Shown here piece after piece: positions 11,101-15,878 of a stretch of 15,878 nt of DNA. This stretch comes from Utricularia gibba (taxonomy: Eukaryota; Plantae; Magnoliophyta), in contig NEEC01000478.1 of assembly GCA_002189035.1 (NCBI GenBank), forward strand, positions 1 to 15,878, written 5' to 3'. Each line of letters opens with the position of its first letter. Positions within the stretch are counted from its first letter, which is position 1. The position numbers and the translations under genes are program-made. The notes below the pieces were generated by a model. The model was not told where the DNA came from and did no database searches. It worked only from the letters and a program-made list of their open reading frames with translations.

Positions 11101-12834
11101 CGGCAAAAAAACTTGATGCATTTCTTAACGTTGGGTTTTAATTGGCTGCCTACATGGTTTCTCAAGGAAAAGCTTGTCGTTTTTGGGCGGGTGATGTCGT
11201 TGTGACTTCGTTCTGACCCAAGTTCGGTCTGACTCCTTTTCCACATCGGGTCCTACTCGACGAAATTCGTGATGCACTTATTGAAGTTAGGATGTCATAA
11301 GCACCCAAAATGGTTTTCTCAACCGCATGCTTTATATCTGAGGAGGCGCTCTCGTGGGGCAACGGTATCGAGCAGGTGGTCGAGTCGAGCTCGGGCCCAT
11401 AGTCATTTGTGGCTCGGCAAAAAACTTGATGCATTTCTTAACGTTGGGTTTTAATTGGCTGCCTACATGGTTTCTCAAGGAAAAGCTTGTCGTTTTTGGG
11501 CGGTGATGTCGTTGTGAACTTCGTTCTGACCCAAGGTTCGGTCTGACTCCTTTGCCACATCGGGTCCTACTCGACGAAATCGTGCTGCACTTATTGAAGT
11601 TAGGATGTCATAAGCACCCAAAATGGTTTTCTCAACCGCATGCTTTATATCTGGGAGGCGCTCTCGTGGGGCAACGGTATCGAGAAGGAGGTCGAGTCGA
11701 GCTCGGGCCCATAGTCATTTGTGCTCGGCAAAAAACTTGATGCATTTCTTAACGTTGGGTTTTAATTGGCTGCCTACATGGTTTCTCAAGGAAAAGCTTG
11801 TCGTTTTTGGGCGGGTGATGTCGTTGTGAACTTCGTTCTGACCCAAGGTTCGGTCTGACTCCTTTGCCACATCGGGTCCTACTCGACGAAAATCGTGATG
11901 CACTTATTGAAGTTAGGATGTCATAAGCACCCAAAATGGTTTTCTCAACCGCATGCTTTATATCTGAGGAGGCGCTCTCGTGGGGCAACGGTATCGAGAG
12001 GTGGTCGAGTCGAGCTCGGGCCCAAGTCATTTGTGGCTCGGCAAAAAACTTGATGCATTTCTTAACGTTGGGTTTTAATTGGCTGCCTACATGGTTTCTC
12101 AAGGAAAAGCTTGTCGTTTTTGGGCGGGTGATGTCGTTGTGAACTTCGTTCTGACCCAAGGTTCGGTCTGACTCCTTTGCCACATCGGGTCCTACTCGAC
12201 GAAAATCGTGCTGCACTTATTGAAGTTAGGATGTCATAAGCACCCAAAATGGTTTTCTCAACCGCATGCTTTATATTGAGGAGGCGCTCTCGTGGGGGCA
12301 ACGGTATCGAGAAGGAGGTCGAGTCGAGCTCGGGCCCATAGTCATTTGTGGCTCGGCAAAAAACTTGATGCATTTCTTAACGTTGGGTTTTAATTGGCTG
12401 CCTACATGGTTTCTCAAGGAAAAGCTTGTCGTTTTTGGGCGGGTGATGTCGTTGTGAACTTCGTTCTGACCCAAGGTTCGGTCTGACTCCTTTTCCACAT
12501 CGGGTCCTACTCGACGAAAATCGTGATGCACTTATTGAAGTTAGGATGTCATAAGCACCCAAAATGGTTTTCTCAACCGCATGCTTTATATCTGAGGAGG
12601 CGCTCTCGTGGGGCAACGGTATCGAGAGGTGGTCGAGTCGAGCTCGGGCCCATAGTCATTTGTGGCTCGGCAAAAAACTTGATGCATTTCTTAACGTTGG
12701 GTTTTAATTGGCTGCCTACATGGTTTCTCAAGGAAAAGCTTGTCGTTTTTGGGCGGGTGATGTCGTTGTGAACTTCGTTCTGACCCAAGGTTCGGTCTGA
12801 CTCCTTTTTCCACATCGGGTCCTACTCGACGAAA
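8130..12834. repeat. A/B dimeric higher-order block 2 (U27-U41; A-type at even units)
   Basis: Even units are A-type in 6 of 7 (exception U32); odd units are B-type in 7 of 8, with U29 mixed. Confidence 0.7.
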
Positions 12835-13146
12835 TCGTGATGCACTTATTGAAGTTAGGATGTCATAAGCACCCAAAATGGTTTTCTCAACCGCATGCTT
12901 ATATCTGAGGAGGCGCTCTCGTGGGGCAACGGTATCGAGCAGGTGGTCGAGTCGAGCTCGGGCCCATAGTCATTTGTGGCTCGGCAAAAAACTTGATGCA
13001 TTTCTTAACGTTGGGTTTTAATTGGCTGCCTACATGGTTTCTCAAGGAAAAGCTTGTCGTTTTTGGGCGGTGATGTCGTTGTGAACTTCGTTCTGACCCA
13101 AGGTTCGGTCTGACTCCTTTGCCACATCGGGTCCTACTCGACGAAA
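12835..13146. repeat. Representative B-type monomer (U42)
   Basis: Carries GAGCAGGTGGTC (12937-12948) and TTTGTGGCTC in place of the A-type GAGAAGGAGGTC / TTTGTAGCTC. 24 of 51 units are B-type, 23 are A-type and 4 are mixed (U4, U16, U24, U29). Confidence 0.85.
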
Positions 13147-15878
13147 TCGTGCTGCACTTATTGAAGTTAGGATGTCATAAGCACCCAAAATGGTTTTCTC
13201 AACCGCATGCTTTATATCTGAGGAGGCGCTCTCGTGGCAACGGTATCGAGAAGGAGGTCGAGTCGAGCTCGGGCCCATAGTCATTTGTGCTCGGCAAAAA
13301 ACTTGATGCATTTCTTAACGTTGGGTTTTAATTGGCTGCCTACATGGTTTCTCAAGGAAAAGCTTGTCGTTTTTGGGCGGGATGTCGTTGTGAACTTTCG
13401 TTCTGACCCAAGGTTCGGTCTGACTCCTTTGCCACATCGGGTCCTACTCGACGAAAATCGTGATGCACTTATTGAAGTTAGGATGTCATGAAGCACCCAA
13501 AATGGTTTTCTCAACCGCATGCTTTATATCTGAGGAGGCGCTCTCGTGGGGCAACGGTATCGAGCAGGTGGTCGAGTCGAGCTCGGCCCATAGTCATTTG
13601 TGGCTCGGCAAAAAACTTGATGCATTTCTTAACGTTGGGTTTTAATTGGCTGCCTACATGGTTTCTCAAGGAAAAGCTTGTCGTTTTTGGGCGGTGATGT
13701 CGTTGTGAACTTCGTTCTGACCCAAGGTTCGGTCTGACTCCTTTGCCACATCGGGTCCTACTCGACGAAAATCGTGCTGCACTTATTGAAGTTAGGATGT
13801 CATAAGCACCCAAAATGGTTTTCTCAACCGCATGCTTTATATCTGAGGAGGCGCTCTCGTGGGGCAACGGTATCGAGAAGGAGGTCGAGTCGAGCTCGGG
13901 CCCATAGTCATTTGTAGCTCGGCAAAAAACTTGATGCATTTCTTAACGTTGGGTTTTAATTGGCTGCCTACATGGTTTCTCAAGGAAAAGCTTGTCGTTT
14001 TTGGGCGGTGATGTCGTTGTGAACTTCGTTCTGACCCAAGGTTCGGTCTGACTCCTTTTTCCACATCGGGTCCTACTCGACGAAATCGTGATGCACTTAT
14101 TGAAGTTAGGATGTCATAAGCACCCAAAATGGTTTTCTCAACCGCATGCTTTATATCTGAGGAGGCGCTCTCGTGGGGCAACGGTATCGAGCAGGTGGTC
14201 GAGTCGAGCTCGGGCCCATAGTCATTTGTGGCTCGGCAAAAAACTTGATGCATTTCTTAACGTTGGGTTTTAATTGGCTGCCTACATGGTTTCTCAAGGA
14301 AAAGCTTGTCGTTTTTGGGCGGGTGATGTCGTTGTGAACTTCGTTCTGACCCAAGGTTCGGCTGACTCCTTTGCCACATCGGTCCTACTCGACGAAATTC
14401 GTGATGCACTTATTGAAGTTAGGATGTCATAAGCACCCAAATGGTTTTTCTCAACCGCATGCTTTATATCTGAAGGAGGCGCTCTCGTGGGCAACGGTAT
14501 CGAAGGAGGTCGAGTCGAGCTCGGGCCCATAGTCATTTGTAGCTCGGCAAAAAACTTGATGCATTTCTTAACGTTGGTTTTAATTGGCTGCCTACATGGT
14601 TTCTCAAGGAAAAGCTTGTCGTTTTTGGGCGGGTGATGTCGTTGTGAACTTCGTTCTGACCCAAGGTTCGGTCTGACTCCTTTTTACATCGGGTCTACTC
14701 GACGAAAATCGTGATGCCTTATTGAAGTTAGGATGTCATAAGCACCCAAAATGGTTTTCTCAACCGCATGCTTTATATCTGAGGAGGCGCTCTCGTGGGG
14801 CAACGGTATCGAGAAGGAGGTCGAGTCGAGCTCGGGCCCATAGTCATTTGTGCTCGGCAAAAACTTGATGCATTTCTTAACGTTGGGTTTTAATTGGCTG
14901 CCTACATGGTTTCTCAAGGAAAAGCTTGTCGTTTTTGGGCTGGTGATGTCGTTGTGAACTTCGTTCTGACCCAAGGTTCGGTCTGACTCCTTTGCCACAT
15001 CGGGTCCTACTCGACGAAATCGTGCTGCACTTATTGAAGTTAGGATGTCATAAGCACCCAAAATGGTTTTCTCAACCGCATGCTTTATATCTGAGGAGGC
15101 GCTCTCGTGGGCAACGGTATCGAGAAGGAGGTCGAGTCGAGCTCGGGCCCATAGTCATTTGTGCTCGGCAAAAAACTTGATGCATTTCTTAACGTTGGGT
15201 TTTAATTGGCTGCCTACATGGTTTCTCAAGGAAAAGCTTGTCGTTTTTGGGCTGGGGATGTCGTTGTGAACTTCGTTCTGACCCAAGGTTCGGTCTGACT
15301 CCTTTGCCACATCGGGTCCTACTCGACGAAAATCGTGATGCACTTATTGAAGTTAGGATGTCAGAGCACCCAAAATGGTTTTCTCAACCGCATGCTTTAT
15401 ATCTGAGGAGGCGCTCTCGTGGGGCAACGGTATCGAGCAGGGTCGAGTCGAGCTCGGGCCATAGTCATTTGTGGCTCGGCAAAAAACTTGATGCATTTCT
15501 TAACGTTGGGTTTTAATTGGCTGCCTACATGGTTTCTCAAGGAAAAGCTTGTCGTTTTTGGGCGGTGATGTCGTTGTGAACTTCGTTCTGACCAAGGTTC
15601 GGTCTGACTCCTTTGCCACATCGGGTCCTACTCGACGAAATCGTGCTGCACTTATTGAAGTTAGGATGTCATAAGCACCCAAAATGGTTTTCTCAACCGC
15701 ATGCTTTATATCTGAGGAGGCGCTCTCGTGGGGCAACGGTATCGAGAAGGAGGTCGAGTCGAGCTCGGGCCCATAGTCATTTGTTAGCTCGGCAAAAAAC
15801 TTGATGCATTTCTTAACGTTGGGTTTTAATTGGCTGCCTACATGGTTTCTCAAGGAAAAGCTTGTCGTTTTTGGGCGG
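12835..15878. repeat. A/B dimeric higher-order block 3 (U42-U51; A-type at odd units)
   Basis: Odd units are A-type in 5 of 5; even units are B-type in 4 of 5 (exception U48). Confidence 0.65.

Larger units (their letters stand above)
1..15878. repeat. Tandem satellite DNA array, ~313-bp monomer, ~50.8 head-to-tail copies
   Basis: TCGTG(A/C)TGC recurs at 1, 317, 632, 945, 1260, 1566, 1879, 2193, 2510, 2824, 3139, 3454, 3767, 4078, 4391, 4702, 5017, 5326, 5636, 5948, 6261, 6575, 6888, 7200, 7510, 7821, 8130, 8445, 8758, 9073, 9386, 9700, 10013, 10326, 10639, 10953, 11267, 11580, 11893, 12206, 12521, 12835, 13147, 13458, 13772, 14086, 14399, 14709, 15020, 15333 and 15641. 15640/50 = 312.8 bp mean period. 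No inversions, insertions of foreign sequence or unique spacers; the array runs off both window edges. Confidence 0.99.
1..15878. repeat. Tentative family assignment: Silene latifolia subtelomeric X43.1 / SacI-subfamily satellite
   Basis: Seen: 313-bp period, one SacI site (GAGCTC) in every unit, and GGTATC (e.g. 6358-6363) one substitution from a KpnI site. Recalled, not verified: the S. latifolia chromosome-end satellite has a 313-bp unit with SacI and KpnI subfamilies. I cannot compare against the reference sequence. Confidence 0.5.

Noticed and set aside
29-15853. All listed ORFs (60-155 aa, e.g. MPHESASSDIKHAVEK..., ...NVKKCIKFF...)
   Set aside because: They are repeated translations of the same monomer. 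The unit length is not a fixed multiple of 3, frames are broken differently in each copy by indels, and no domain is recognisable. Longer ORFs arise where an indel joins two frames.
1-15878. CRISPR array
   Set aside because: No unique spacers, the unit is ~313 bp, and no cas genes are present.
1-15878. Rolling-circle or concatemer artefact of a single small circle
   Set aside because: Linked haplotypes, a third subtype, phase slips and the lag-25 echo require many distinct templates in fixed order, not repeated reading of one 313- or 626-bp circle.
1-15878. Transposon, LTR or telomere array embedded in the satellite
   Set aside because: All 50 inter-unit distances are 306-317 bp, leaving no room for an insertion. 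No terminal repeats, target-site duplications or TTTAGGG runs were seen.

Overview
The whole 15,878-bp window is one uninterrupted head-to-tail satellite array: 50 complete monomers of about 313 bp (306-317 bp, mean 312.8, about 48% GC) plus a 238-bp partial copy, all in one orientation, with no unique sequence. There is no credible gene; every ORF in the track is a reading of the repeat. By hand I find nested periodicities: (1) each monomer is two diverged ~157-bp halves; (2) monomers fall into A and B subtypes that mostly alternate, giving a ~626-bp dimer with two phase slips; (3) rare variants recur 25 monomers (~7.81 kb) apart, suggesting a multi-kb duplication. The 313-bp unit, one SacI site per unit and a site one base from KpnI match my recollection of the Silene latifolia subtelomeric X43.1/SacI family, but I could not verify this. 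Many 1-bp homopolymer indels suggest long-read noise, so single-copy variants are unreliable. I found no evidence for a novel gene-encoded system; the interest is in array architecture. Units are called U1-U51, each starting at TCGTG(A/C)TGCA.
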